Shown here piece after piece: positions 53,410-64,000 of a stretch of DNA of 64,000 nt. Where the stretch lies: the IMG/VR virus record IMGVR_UViG_3300023174_000034. One strand, 5' to 3'. How positions within the stretch are numbered: the stretch's first letter is position 1; each line of letters begins with the position of its first letter. The translations under genes and the position numbers were made by a program. This DNA comes from a virus. Its lineage: Duplodnaviria > Heunggongvirae > Uroviricota > Caudoviricetes. The notes beneath the pieces were generated by a model that made no database searches, was not told where the DNA came from, and was given only the letters and a program-made list of their open reading frames with translations.

Positions 53410-56019
53410 TTAGATACCTGCCCTTACAGTAGCCTCAACCAGGCCTTCTTGTGTAGTTAATTTATCTGCTAGTGCGCGACCCAGAACATTCCACGGTGTT
53501 GCAACACCATCATGATCAGCTTTGGCACAACCATTGCCGGCACTGATCAAACGGTCGCCTTTGGCACATGGCCCGATCACGCGAACTGGTACTCGACCAA
53601 CTTGAGCCACTGGTGGGTGAGTTATATCATTGCCAGCTTCGCTGTTCATTAAGTAAGCTGGATTTGTTGAAATAACCCCAAACACTTGTTCACTGGCTAT
53701 TTCTGTTTCCATAGTGATTTCTTTGGTTCCGCCAATGCGTACCACTGTGCCGGGCACATACTCTGCATCTGTTTCAAAACGTTCTGCAACGTCGGCGTAT
53801 TTTGCAGTTGATGATACACCATAGAAGTTAGTGGCATAGACCGCACGGAACACTGACCCAACAGCACCAATATCTAGTGTATTAGTACTTGCTCCAGCTG
53901 ACAGAGCAATACCTGTTGAGCTTAATGTTACAGAATTAAGAATGTTTACGCCAGTTACATAAGCAACTTCAAAACGTTTGCTTGACGAACCAATTGGTTG
54001 TGGTGTACTAAACTGATTAGTAATACCACTGGCATTCAATGTAACATAGTTTGAACTTTCAAACGAAGAAGCATATACTGTGTTCCAACGTTTGAAAACA
54101 CCACCACTGGCAAAACCAACATTGTAAGTTGCGTCAACACCTGGCATTATATCGCCACCAGATGTAATACTTCCGCCAAAGGTAGCTGCCGCACTGGTTG
54201 ATACGCCACCTGTTAGATTCAATGAAGCCGCATTGACTGTTTTGACATAAAGATTATTAAACCTGCGAGTATTGCTTGTGCCGATATCAATTGCTTCGTT
54301 GTAATTCACACTGTCCGGCATGGTGATGCCACCGGTCACTTGTACAGTACCAGTGATACGCATGTCACCCTTCACACCCCATGGCGTGCCTTGTGCCAAG
54401 GTAGTGTCAAAATTTTCGTTGAAAATAATGTTACCTGTGATTTGCAAAGGGTTTGCCGCAATCATCATTGGGTATGCAGCCAATACCTTTGTTGCATTAG
54501 TAACTGAACGATCACCGTAGCGGTTGATCCAACGCACGTTATCTAGTCGTCCAGTTGGTAAAGAATCACCATCAACAGCCGCTGAGCCCAATGTAACTGT
54601 GTCTGTAAATGTTGTGGCAAAACGTGCATCTGATTTACCAAGATTACGCACGTGGTCTGAGTCAGGATATAACACACCAGTAATAGTCAAAGTACCGTCA
54701 CGGCGTAGGTCATCGTTTTCTAAGTTACTAACTTTGCCTTGTAGCAGTTTAACGTTAGCGTACATGGATGAAGTGTTTGTACCACCTGCGCCGCCATCAC
54801 CTGTGCGTGTCAGCACGTTAGAAACAATACTTGCTACGTTACTCCATAGCACGTACAAGTTACTAACCAGACTTTCATTACGTGTGACAAATATTTCTGT
54901 ATACCTCAAATCGTCATCACTGCCCGGACCGCCCTTACGGAATCCCAGGTGTGACTGGATTGTACGAACGTTAGAGTAGTTGGATGCGGCGTTGGAATTT
55001 AATGTACTGACGTTGGAGTTGATGGCAACAACGTTGTTTTGCAACATGGTACGTGTTGTGTTGTCGCGTGTGTCAACATAGTTCTTGGTAGCAACGCCAG
55101 TTGGATCTGTTGGATCGTTCAGAACAGTGACTAGACCAGTAACTTTATCAATTTGTAAAACTGTTTGGAATGCACCACCAGCGTTATCTGGTTTTGTACG
55201 GATGATCAAACCGTTACCACGAATCAAACTTACCAATTGGATGTTGTTGTTACTGATGTTCAACTGGAAGTTGGTAATACCTGTACCTGCTTGGTCTTCT
55301 AGTTCTAAACCAGAATCATTACGAATAACCAACTTGGATGTTAGCAACGCATTGTTCTTGGTCAAGTATTGATCGGCTGATACTTGTCCCAAGTAAGAGG
55401 CATTGTTTGCGTTTTCATAAAACACCAGCTCAGGTGTCGTGTCACGTGCTAGGTTGAAACCTGGTTTGATTGTAGAAAAGCCAGGAATAGTAGTAGCAGG
55501 TTGGAATGAAGCGTCTTTAGAAAGCACAGCAACCAATTGGTTCTGTACAAAGAATTTGACCACGACGTGACTGAACTGACTAGAGTCAATGACTGTGTCA
55601 GCAACAGCACCAGATGTACCAGTAGTACTTGTGAAGCTTGGGCCAATAACAACCCAGCCTGCTCCAGACCAGACTTTTAGTTGTTGGTTAACTGAGTCAA
55701 ACCACAGATCACCAGCCACACGATAGGTTGGTTCGTCTGCAACAGATTGTGCACCTGAAATTGATTTCCAAGCATTACCGTTGTAAACTTGCAGGACTTT
55801 GGTACTGGTTTGATACCAAACTTGACCAGATTTGGGATTAGAAGGTTGGTTTGCACTAGCAAAGTGCTCTAGCAACTTTACAAAGTTTTCATTTAAGAAC
55901 GTTCCGTAACCGGCAAAGTTCTTACCAACTAGTGTAAGGCTAGTTGCTGTACTGTTGGTTTGACCATCGCTGATTGTTGCCAACGGTGTGCCATCTGATT
56001 TTACTATGTTATACGCCAT
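53410..56019 (-). CDS. tail fibre protein
   Basis: N-terminal LVGKNFAGYG..LNENF; coiled-coil and beta-rich shaft; C-terminal YADVAERF..GTVV...VGRVPVRV domain. Confidence 0.75.
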   Translation of the reverse strand: MAYNIVKSDGTPLATISDGQTNSTATSLTLVGKNFAGYGTFLNENFVKLLEHFASANQPSNPKSGQVWYQTSTKVLQVYNGNAWKSISGAQSVADEPTYRVAGDLWFDSVNQQLKVWSGAGWVVIGPSFTSTTGTSGAVADTVIDSSQFSHVVVKFFVQNQLVAVLSKDASFQPATTIPGFSTIKPGFNLARDTTPELVFYENANNASYLGQVSADQYLTKNNALLTSKLVIRNDSGLELEDQAGTGITNFQLNISNNNIQLVSLIRGNGLIIRTKPDNAGGAFQTVLQIDKVTGLVTVLNDPTDPTGVATKNYVDTRDNTTRTMLQNNVVAINSNVSTLNSNAASNYSNVRTIQSHLGFRKGGPGSDDDLRYTEIFVTRNESLVSNLYVLWSNVASIVSNVLTRTGDGGAGGTNTSSMYANVKLLQGKVSNLENDDLRRDGTLTITGVLYPDSDHVRNLGKSDARFATTFTDTVTLGSAAVDGDSLPTGRLDNVRWINRYGDRSVTNATKVLAAYPMMIAANPLQITGNIIFNENFDTTLAQGTPWGVKGDMRITGTVQVTGGITMPDSVNYNEAIDIGTSNTRRFNNLYVKTVNAASLNLTGGVSTSAAATFGGSITSGGDIMPGVDATYNVGFASGGVFKRWNTVYASSFESSNYVTLNASGITNQFSTPQPIGSSSKRFEVAYVTGVNILNSVTLSSTGIALSAGASTNTLDIGAVGSVFRAVYATNFYGVSSTAKYADVAERFETDAEYVPGTVVRIGGTKEITMETEIASEQVFGVISTNPAYLMNSEAGNDITHPPVAQVGRVPVRVIGPCAKGDRLISAGNGCAKADHDGVATPWNVLGRALADKLTTQEGLVEATVRAGI

Positions 56020-56041
56020 TTACCTGGACTCCGATTTGTTG

Positions 56042-56049
56042 TATTTATA
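56042..56049 (-). promoter_or_regulatory. T4-type late promoter TATAAATA
   Basis: Exact T4 late consensus about 23 nt upstream of the tail fibre ATG. Confidence 0.7.
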
Positions 56050-56072
56050 CATGGTTATTTTCTGGGTGTTTA

Positions 56073-58658
56073 TTATGGGGTATACTGGAACCAGATATCA
56101 CCATTGTTGCCGTCACTAGAAATTGGTGCGGCAGCTGATATGAATTTACCACTTCCGTCCCAAGTCGGAACGTTGGCAACTGCAATACGACCTCTTACCC
56201 ATGCAGTGGTTGCGGCAATGTTAGCATTGCTGTTATCCGATGGGTTGGGTATTGTTACTGTGCCGATGAATGTTGGTTCAGTTTTTGGCGCCAAATTAGC
56301 GGCAATGTTAGCCACCCAACGTGTTGTTGCAATCCAAAGACTTGATTGTCCAACAGGAGGATCAGCATACAACTGAGCTTGACCAGTGAAAGTTGGACTA
56401 GCAAGTGGTGCCGCGCCAGCAATGTCACCTACTGCCAGTACCACGTTACCAGTTTGTGTGTTGACACTCAGTACAGGGCTACGTTCAGCAACAAACTTAG
56501 TTGTTGCAATCTTTGTGCTGTTGTCTCCTACATTGGGTGTAGGAGCAGTAGGTACGCCTTCCAACGCAGGACTCACTTTTGTTGCATATGGTGTTAGGTT
56601 TGCACTTGGCATTGTTGCCACAATATTTGCAACAAAACCAACCGTGGCCAATTGTGTAGGATATGGATGACTTACAACAATGCCCAGTGGAGCACTGGTT
56701 GTAGATAATGTGCCATATGTTAAATTGGCCGCAGTAAATGCGCTAACTGGGTATCCAGTAAAGCTCGGATTGTTAATCGGTGCTTTAGAGCTTAGTCCGT
56801 TGTCGATACCATTTGTTGCGGTGGCAACCAAGTTACCAACAAATGATGTTGTGGCAATTCTACGTGAGCGATCTGTGTCCGAAACGTGTGTGGTTTGCGG
56901 TGTGCCAGAAAAATCTGGACTTGAAATATTGGCCCGGAGTGCAATCTCTGCAGATTGTGTCAGGGCATTTGCCTGCCATGCTGTAGTACTGGTGTTTATT
57001 GCGCCTGTAACAAATGCTGTAGTGGCAATTTGTGTGTTACTTGTACCCGCCGGAGCAGTGGCAGCTTTGGGAACACCGGTAAATGTTTGTCCATCAATAT
57101 TTGCTTTTGTATCAAGCACATTGTTGACAGTTGTAAAATTGCCCGAGTATGTGTCAAGCACCGTTTCAATGTTACCAAAATCTCGACGACTAACACTTGC
57201 ACCATTGATCAGTGCAGTGACATTTTGACTGATTTCGTTCAGTACCGTTGCTGTTGAATTATCAACATAGCCTTTGGTAGCAACACCGTTTGCAGAAATT
57301 GGGTTACCGCGTACTTCTGCAAGTCCGGTATTGCCTGTAATTTTTAGCACTTCAACTGGCGTGCCACTCACAAGGCTGACCACTGTACGCAGGCTAATGT
57401 TACCATTACCCTGTGTGTTGATTAAATTAAAGTCTCGACTGTTTTGCCACAGCACAGTACTGTCTGTGAATAACGTGCTTTGACCTACACCAAGATTGCC
57501 TGTCACACTTACATTGGCCAGGAACAATTGATCTGTATCTAGTGTTGCAAATCGGTCAGCAGTGATTCCATTCAACCGTTGTGCATTTGAAACTGTTCCG
57601 TGGAACATGTTGCTTTGGTCACTGCCACGTTGGAACACAATGACATCATTTGTCATTAGGCTAGTTGTGGCATTGATACGAATGCTACCGTTGGCATAGA
57701 TTTCTTGGATTGTTTTTAACGAACTATAAGCAATGTCGTCGGTGATAACATAATCCCCAACTGCCAGTCCTTCGGTTTGTGTGACAGCAATAACTGTATT
57801 ACCTGAGCTGCCTGTGGTATTTGATAACACACTGCGAACCAATTGCGGTGCGGCATCATCAACCAGCGTGATGCCAGGTTTGATAATTGGCAAACGCTCA
57901 ATTGTGTCTGCGGCGCCCGGCGCATATTCGTTTTCACGACTGATGGACCCAATCACAGAACCCTTTTGATAAATCAGCCCAACCACACGAGTGATTGATT
58001 GTGAGTCTGTAATGGTGCGAGGAAAGATACCAGTCAGCTGTTGATCTTTTGTGTAGCTAGGCCCAATTAGGTTCCATCCGCTGCCACGAGTAAACGTGAC
58101 TGTTTCACCTGGAAAAATTGATGCTGTTGTACCAACACGAACATTGCTGGTACTTAAAATTTGTGTGACTGTGACTGCGGCATTGCTCAGAATGTTTGCT
58201 GTTGTGAGTACATCGCCGACACGAACTGCTGTGGCACTGACCAGTGATACTTCATAACTGGTTGTACGATAAACTGATGGACTTGTTGTTGTAGTTTCGC
58301 CTGCCCATGTTTTCAACTGTTGATTGGTAGTATCCCACCACTGGTCGCCAACATTGCGTCCACTTGCTGTGGGTGCATTACCCGATGCAGTAACATGTCC
58401 AACTTTCTTCCAAACATCACCTGTCCAAATTTGTAAATCATTATCTGAATTGTTCCACCATAGCTGACCTTCCAATGGTGTTGCTGGTGCTGTGCTTTTG
58501 GAAAAGTTTTCCATTAGCGCAACAAAGTTGTCGTTTAGATAGATGCCGTAGCCAGAGTAATTACGCCCTACTAGGAATAAGCCATAGTCGGTATTAAGTT
58601 CTGTATCCGGAATGGTTACTAATGAATCACCGTTAGTTTTTGTTATTGTGTATGCCAT
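56073..58658 (-). CDS. tail fibre protein with repeat shaft
   Basis: Same N-terminal module as 53410-56019; six A...P.F.G.P....IATT.FV repeats; C-terminal GDIWFQY. Confidence 0.75.
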   Translation of the reverse strand: MAYTITKTNGDSLVTIPDTELNTDYGLFLVGRNYSGYGIYLNDNFVALMENFSKSTAPATPLEGQLWWNNSDNDLQIWTGDVWKKVGHVTASGNAPTASGRNVGDQWWDTTNQQLKTWAGETTTTSPSVYRTTSYEVSLVSATAVRVGDVLTTANILSNAAVTVTQILSTSNVRVGTTASIFPGETVTFTRGSGWNLIGPSYTKDQQLTGIFPRTITDSQSITRVVGLIYQKGSVIGSISRENEYAPGAADTIERLPIIKPGITLVDDAAPQLVRSVLSNTTGSSGNTVIAVTQTEGLAVGDYVITDDIAYSSLKTIQEIYANGSIRINATTSLMTNDVIVFQRGSDQSNMFHGTVSNAQRLNGITADRFATLDTDQLFLANVSVTGNLGVGQSTLFTDSTVLWQNSRDFNLINTQGNGNISLRTVVSLVSGTPVEVLKITGNTGLAEVRGNPISANGVATKGYVDNSTATVLNEISQNVTALINGASVSRRDFGNIETVLDTYSGNFTTVNNVLDTKANIDGQTFTGVPKAATAPAGTSNTQIATTAFVTGAINTSTTAWQANALTQSAEIALRANISSPDFSGTPQTTHVSDTDRSRRIATTSFVGNLVATATNGIDNGLSSKAPINNPSFTGYPVSAFTAANLTYGTLSTTSAPLGIVVSHPYPTQLATVGFVANIVATMPSANLTPYATKVSPALEGVPTAPTPNVGDNSTKIATTKFVAERSPVLSVNTQTGNVVLAVGDIAGAAPLASPTFTGQAQLYADPPVGQSSLWIATTRWVANIAANLAPKTEPTFIGTVTIPNPSDNSNANIAATTAWVRGRIAVANVPTWDGSGKFISAAAPISSDGNNGDIWFQYTP
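56180..57110 (-). repeat. six degenerate tail-fibre repeats at protein level
   Basis: IATTAFV, IATTSFV, LATVGFV, IATTKFV, IATTRWV, AATTAWV. Confidence 0.7.
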
Positions 58659-58663
58659 TTACT

Positions 58664-59353
58664 TTATCCTATTGCGCTCAAGTTGGTCAGTGTTTGAATA
58701 CGCACAGTATAGTCGATTTGGATCAAGCGATTCAGTGACTTTTGCACTGGATGGAAAATCACATGTGTAAGCAATTTGCCTGCGCCTGCTGTGCTATCAA
58801 GAGCACGAGCTTTGATACCTAGTTCATCAAATGTATAGGTATCGTTGAGTGTTGTACTATTATCAAATACTGATTGGGTGGCCGGTTCACCGTAGTCTAG
58901 CAAGCAAGTGATAATGATATCAGAGTATGGATTACCAGCAATATGGCGGACTTCCATTTTATTATGGGCGGTATCCGGGTTGTTGCTAGTATCAGTATCG
59001 TCTACAATTTTATAATATGTTGGGTTGTACAAATCAGCAGACTGACTTGTTGTGTTTGGAATCAAGTATGTGATAACACCTGTGCTGTCAACGGCTGTGC
59101 CGCCGTTGCCAAAGTGCATTTCGTACATGTATTGTTGATCACGGTGACTCAGTGCATACGCAATCGCTTCACTCATGTTTTCATAATGAATAGCGTTGGG
59201 TTTGTCTACAAACACTTCGCCAGTTTCAGGGTTGTGAATCTTGATGTGACCACGCACATAAATGCCCGCTACAACGTCTGGCTGTTTGGTGTCTTTTTCC
59301 ATTGGTTTTTCCGCCTGATTCTTCATCTGTGTCTGTTCTTTTTCTGTGTCCAT
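58664..59353 (-). CDS. virion structural (baseplate/tail) protein
   Basis: GHIKI...NAIHYEN, FGNGGT, FDELG, HPVQKSLNR; start uncertain; CTAAATA at 59359-59365. Confidence 0.65.
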   Translation of the reverse strand: MDTEKEQTQMKNQAEKPMEKDTKQPDVVAGIYVRGHIKIHNPETGEVFVDKPNAIHYENMSEAIAYALSHRDQQYMYEMHFGNGGTAVDSTGVITYLIPNTTSQSADLYNPTYYKIVDDTDTSNNPDTAHNKMEVRHIAGNPYSDIIITCLLDYGEPATQSVFDNSTTLNDTYTFDELGIKARALDSTAGAGKLLTHVIFHPVQKSLNRLIQIDYTVRIQTLTNLSAIG

Positions 59354-59374
59354 ATCCTTATTTAGCATGATATA

Positions 59375-59740
59375 TTACCTGGTGCCAAGTATGCTGACCA
59401 CTGTGCCCACAGGGTAACTTAAATTAGCCACAGTAACATTTGCTAGTCCATAAACACCGTTTGCATTAGACGCTGTATAAGTCCAAACATGTGCACCGAT
59501 ACGGAGATATCCCAACTTACCAGTAGATGGACTAGACACCAAGGTGACGTTGGATACAGAAATCCAACTGTTGGCTGAGTTATTTGCAGTCAATGTTACT
59601 AATTTGGGCAGTCTGGGATCTGCGCTGGGAACATAAGATTTAGATGCTCGCAAAAAGTCAGCTTGGAAAGTACTACTTCCAAAAATTCCAACTCCTGCCG
59701 TAACTACGTTTGATACAATATTCATTATAAGTCTACCCAA
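59375..59740 (-). CDS. hypothetical structural protein
   Basis: S/T/V/G-rich ORF in the late operon. Confidence 0.5.
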   Translation of the reverse strand: MGRLIMNIVSNVVTAGVGIFGSSTFQADFLRASKSYVPSADPRLPKLVTLTANNSANSWISVSNVTLVSSPSTGKLGYLRIGAHVWTYTASNANGVYGLANVTVANLSYPVGTVVSILGTR

Positions 59741-62700
59741 ATAGAGCCCTGATAAATCGATGTTGTCGTAGATGACAAGTATGTTGCTGAATTTGATCCA
59801 CCAACAATACCGTTTTCCACGGTTACATCTTCTGTGATAGCAGTAGTGATGTCACTGACAATCAGCTGTGATACCGTTGCATCGCTTACCAAACTACCAA
59901 CAACGTGTACTGATGCTACGCTGGTACGCAATGTGCCACGGCGCAGATCTTGCAGTTTGTTATTGGCACGATCAATTGCCAAATAAACAATCTTTTCTGC
60001 ATTGACCCAAACACTACCAGAATCCGGTAAAACGTTAGCATTTGTTATTGAAATTTCTGTAGCATCATAACTCAGGTTAGACGATAACACAGTTGTATTT
60101 GCAGAGGCCAAACGATAGTAAGTGCTTGGTAACTTGTAATCAGTGAAGATTTTATACCCAATTACATCAGTATAGTCTGGAACTCCATTCACAGCATTGG
60201 CAGTGAACACGTTCATTTGCAAGCTATCAATCACTTGTCCTGGCACCAGCTCTTCAGGAGCATGACTAGAATATGTATCAATGAACTTACCGCCGTCAAT
60301 GACAATGTCTTCTGGACGTTGTCCTAGTACACTATCTGTAAAGTCACTGCTGATATCTGTGTCAAGTCCAAGTGCATCCTCTGTAGTATCAGTAAATGAT
60401 TTACCAAGTACCTTGCTACCAGTGTATCCTGTGCCTGGAATCAGATCCGGGATGTCTTTTTCTAATCCACTCAACACTCCGCCAATGTTATAGTTGACAA
60501 GTCTGGTGATCACTGTGCCATCCTGGATGCCTAGTGTGGCATTGCCTTGTATTGTGAATCCAACCTGCACTTGACTAATATTGGCAAAAGTCAATACTGA
60601 CACATTGCCGGGCAGGTCTTGTGTTGCAGTCAATTGGCTAATAGTTCCAGTTGGGTCACTGAATGTGATTACATTGCCTGAGAACACACCGCTTACGTTA
60701 CCGGTAATTGGCAACAATGGCTTGCTAATTTCAGCCACTGTTGTGTTGACACTGACTGCACGATAGTCTAAGTTAACATTGTCAACTGTGCCTGGAGCAT
60801 ACTGCCAGCTATAGTTTGCAAACTTACCAACATAACGAACACGAGCATTTGCAGGAATACCAGCACCAGCAATGATCCAATTACTTTGTACACGGTCGTC
60901 ATAATCAGTTACGTAGATACGTGTGTCACCAATTGCTACATTGTCACGAACAGTCAGGGTGAGAGTATCTGTACCGTTGCTCGCAGTAATAGTATCCCCT
61001 GCAGAAATAGTATCTGTCAGTACATATGCAAACGATATAAACTTTGCGGTGCCAGTGGCAACGTTTGTCTCGCCGAATGTTACTGTGATTTCATGTGTGG
61101 TTGTACCAACTACCACGCCAGATACCACTGCATCGCTAGGCAACCCACTGGCATAACAAGTCATACCTATAACAATGCCAGAAGCGTCTAGGTCAGCTGC
61201 CGGAATACTAATTACTCTAGAAGTAATCCCAGTACCAACTGCCCAGCTTGCACTTTCGCGGCGACTAGCAACACTCATACTTGGATCAATTGATCCAATT
61301 TCAATATAGGCTTCTGCTTCTACGCCCGGGTATCCCCACAGCACAATACTACGAGTACCAACCACAACAAACTTATCTCCGTCCCAGGTGATGTCCGTAA
61401 AGTTAATGTCTGAAATCCTATCGCGTGTTAGTGGTGCAATAAAATTGCTATCGTTAAACTTACGGAAGTTGTTGAACATGTACAGGCCGTGGTCAATAAC
61501 TGTTTTACCAATTGTGTCTGGCGCAATTTCCGCACGTCCGTCTTGTATCTGTATTGGTAAGTTGAATTGGTTCCAGATCAATGTTCCTTGTGATCCAACT
61601 GCTACCACCCAATTGGTACGTTCATCGGTTACTGCAATACTGTTCAATTGCTGTCCGCTTAGATCGTCTTGCAGGCCTTTGACGTCAACTGGAACATCTA
61701 ACGATCTCCATGGATAACTTAAATTATCATTTTTACCAGCATTATAATTATATCCGCTGACAAACCCTTGTAGGTAATCTTCCAGTGCGTTAAATGTAAT
61801 AGCATTGATAGCACCGTTGACACCACAGGTAAAGACCACGCCGGCCTTCATGCGTTTCTTTGTCGTGCCATCTGATTCTATATAGTATCCAGAAGTAGCT
61901 TGGATTTCAACATCATATGTTGTGCCATCAATGTCAGTTAGGTAACCTCGATCAACTGCAATAACTTTCAAATAATTTTGTGCAATCAATTGTGATTGTA
62001 CTTTAATGTTGAACCAACCTTCGAATGTTTTAGTAGTTAGATCGCTGTTGCCACGTGGGTTAGCTAGAATTGATCCGTTATTGCCAACAACAAGAATATA
62101 ATTGCTATAAGAAGTTGCAACACCAGTACCACTTGTCAAGTCAAGAGTTTGTGCGGTGTTTTCTTGTATTTTACCCAATGGGTTATCAATACTTGCATCG
62201 TAGTAATATTGATCAATTGCTTCTTGTGTCCAATCAATGCCGTTATCAGTAGAATAAATTGCACCTTGATTGGCCACAACCACCCAGGTGTAATTGTTGT
62301 AGAAGAAAACATCGCGACCATTGATTGTGGTGTCTGTGATACGGTTTGTTATCCATGTAATGCCGTCAGCACTTACACCAATCAAACTGCTGTCGCCAAC
62401 TGCGGCATATTGGTAGCCGTGTTGTACAGGATAGAATGCTGAGTGTCGTACTGCATTCCATTGTTTACCAACTGAAATAATCTGATTGTTAATTTCGCTT
62501 GGATCCAAACGAATTGTATTTGGAGTGCTGTAAATACGTGCGCTATCTGGACTACCTGGTTTTAGGTAGGCCGCCACACGATCAACTGCATTGTCAAGAT
62601 CGCTTCCAAATAGTTTTTCAACAATCAATGGATTTTCAAATATATTCAAGTCAATGGTACTGCGACCTGTTAGAGTTTTTAACACCCGGTATACAAAACT

Positions 62701-63999
62701 AAAGCGTGGTAAAGAACGTTCAGTGTAATTTACAAAATTACTTGCACGAACATCATCAATCACAATCAAGTCACCAGGGTGGTAAATTTCGTATGGTTTC
62801 CATTCACGTAAAGAACTGTTATAACTCACCCGGTCAAATTTGATCTTGGTAAGAATGCCACGAATCTTTTTGTTTAGAGTGGCCGACGTGATTGCTGTTC
62901 CAAGTGTTTGTACCAGTTGCACTGCGGCAGTTGCGCCAGTACCGTTGCCTCCTGTAAATTCCACAATAGGTGTGCTGGTGTAGCCTGAGCCAGAGTTTGT
63001 TAGTATAATATCTGTGACTACTCCATTTATAATCACCGAGCGAGCAGTAGCACCTGTACCGCCACCACCAGTAATCTTAACGCGAGGAGCTTCGGTATAT
63101 CCACTTCCGCCGTAATTCAGATTCAAAGTTTGAATTTGATATGTGTAATGATTCAACCAGTCTGCGCGACCAGTGTTTTGAATCAACTTCAAATCAGTTG
63201 AATTGTTTGGATCTAAAATACGATACGCACTAATAGTCTTGTCATACACACTCGAGAAGTCAAAGTCGCTCAGTCCTGTGCCTAGTATTTCAGTGCCTTC
63301 GTAGTCCAACAGATATTCTCGAATCTGTGTACGATATGGTTTTACTTCGTTAATATATTTTTCGTAGTAGTCTTGGTTATCTTTGATATAATTAGGAAAT
63401 TGTTCCAGCTTACGAATCTTGTGTAACACACTGATCAAACTGGTCTTAACTGCCCAGTCAACACTTAACTGTTCACTTAAAATATAATTAAGCAACGTAA
63501 AGAACAGATTGTTAACTTCTACAGAATCTGTTTCTATAAAAATATCATATGCCAATGATTCAAAAATATTGCGTAACTCAAGAGCTTGTGTGGTTGAGAA
63601 TCCAACCTGGTCAAACGCAGAGTTATCAAACCCTGACCGAGATTGGGTGCTGTCATATAATGCTGTACTTAACGCAATAGTACCTTTTTCTACAATAATT
63701 TCTTCAAGACTGCTGTCGCTAGCCACACGGTACACAGTGTATGCACCTTTTCCAGTGTCAGTAACTTTAACAGTATCGCCAACATCTAGTGTTAATCTCA
63801 ACAAGTCAGTATAACGAGCCACAGTATAGTTAATGTCAGTATAAGCATCAACATCAGTTGCATACCAATTGGCATAATTCCACCAACGAGTAGTATCGTA
63901 ACTTTGAATACGGATCATGCGGAATCCAACATATTGTTGGTATTCATATATTGTCCAGAATCCATAAAAGTCAGAGTCAGTATTTACTAAAACTTTGTA
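59725..63999 (-). CDS. very large baseplate/tail structural protein (5'-partial)
   Basis: Frame stays open to the window end; YINEVKPYRTQIRE, GSGYT..P...GG.GTGATA repeats, HAPEELVPG. Confidence 0.7.
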   Translation of the reverse strand, partial: YKVLVNTDSDFYGFWTIYEYQQYVGFRMIRIQSYDTTRWWNYANWYATDVDAYTDINYTVARYTDLLRLTLDVGDTVKVTDTGKGAYTVYRVASDSSLEEIIVEKGTIALSTALYDSTQSRSGFDNSAFDQVGFSTTQALELRNIFESLAYDIFIETDSVEVNNLFFTLLNYILSEQLSVDWAVKTSLISVLHKIRKLEQFPNYIKDNQDYYEKYINEVKPYRTQIREYLLDYEGTEILGTGLSDFDFSSVYDKTISAYRILDPNNSTDLKLIQNTGRADWLNHYTYQIQTLNLNYGGSGYTEAPRVKITGGGGTGATARSVIINGVVTDIILTNSGSGYTSTPIVEFTGGNGTGATAAVQLVQTLGTAITSATLNKKIRGILTKIKFDRVSYNSSLREWKPYEIYHPGDLIVIDDVRASNFVNYTERSLPRFSFVYRVLKTLTGRSTIDLNIFENPLIVEKLFGSDLDNAVDRVAAYLKPGSPDSARIYSTPNTIRLDPSEINNQIISVGKQWNAVRHSAFYPVQHGYQYAAVGDSSLIGVSADGITWITNRITDTTINGRDVFFYNNYTWVVVANQGAIYSTDNGIDWTQEAIDQYYYDASIDNPLGKIQENTAQTLDLTSGTGVATSYSNYILVVGNNGSILANPRGNSDLTTKTFEGWFNIKVQSQLIAQNYLKVIAVDRGYLTDIDGTTYDVEIQATSGYYIESDGTTKKRMKAGVVFTCGVNGAINAITFNALEDYLQGFVSGYNYNAGKNDNLSYPWRSLDVPVDVKGLQDDLSGQQLNSIAVTDERTNWVVAVGSQGTLIWNQFNLPIQIQDGRAEIAPDTIGKTVIDHGLYMFNNFRKFNDSNFIAPLTRDRISDINFTDITWDGDKFVVVGTRSIVLWGYPGVEAEAYIEIGSIDPSMSVASRRESASWAVGTGITSRVISIPAADLDASGIVIGMTCYASGLPSDAVVSGVVVGTTTHEITVTFGETNVATGTAKFISFAYVLTDTISAGDTITASNGTDTLTLTVRDNVAIGDTRIYVTDYDDRVQSNWIIAGAGIPANARVRYVGKFANYSWQYAPGTVDNVNLDYRAVSVNTTVAEISKPLLPITGNVSGVFSGNVITFSDPTGTISQLTATQDLPGNVSVLTFANISQVQVGFTIQGNATLGIQDGTVITRLVNYNIGGVLSGLEKDIPDLIPGTGYTGSKVLGKSFTDTTEDALGLDTDISSDFTDSVLGQRPEDIVIDGGKFIDTYSSHAPEELVPGQVIDSLQMNVFTANAVNGVPDYTDVIGYKIFTDYKLPSTYYRLASANTTVLSSNLSYDATEISITNANVLPDSGSVWVNAEKIVYLAIDRANNKLQDLRRGTLRTSVASVHVVGSLVSDATVSQLIVSDITTAITEDVTVENGIVGGSNSATYLSSTTTSIYQGSIWVDL

Positions 64000-64000
64000 T

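Noticed and set aside
1-64000. Stop-codon reassignment
   Set aside because: Genes are intact and densely packed in the standard code, and TAA, TGA and TAG all end genes.
1-64000. tRNA, rRNA, integrase or transposase genes
   Set aside because: No cloverleaf, T-loop or recombinase motifs were found by eye and intergenic gaps are short; a tRNAscan run would confirm.

Overview
This is a 64-kb segment of a large lytic tailed dsDNA phage with T4-like replication genes. It uses the standard genetic code, and no tRNA, CRISPR array or integrase was seen. A Betaproteobacteria-like host is inferred from the phage-encoded RNA polymerase omega subunit. The + strand (1-40.4 kb) carries: PolB, sliding clamp and omega; a ~14-kb 7-deazaguanine DNA-modification cluster (DpdA/TGT-fold transglycosylase, DpdL-like T-fold protein, FolE, two QueD, QueE) interleaved with sugar enzymes; RNase H; an early region of small genes with repeated sigma70 promoters; two PD-(D/E)xK-like nucleases; a MoxR-AAA/VWA-peptidase pair; DHFR/ThyA; and an amino-sugar nucleotide trio. 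The - strand (40.4-64 kb) is a late operon: baseplate and tail-fibre genes run directly into four glycosyltransferase-like genes and five tandem radical-SAM paralogs, each with an N-terminal Twitch/SPASM-like domain. The most promising undescribed elements are: (1) two preQ1-I-like pseudoknot leaders that could sequester the Shine-Dalgarno (SD) of folE and queD, i.e. candidate phage riboswitches in a pathway with no QueC/QueF in this window, so possibly sensing CDG or 7-deazaguanine; (2) possible glycosylation coupled to deazaguanine DNA modification; (3) a late glycosyltransferase plus radical-SAM module that may tailor virion glycans. All calls come from reading motifs by eye; no searches were run.
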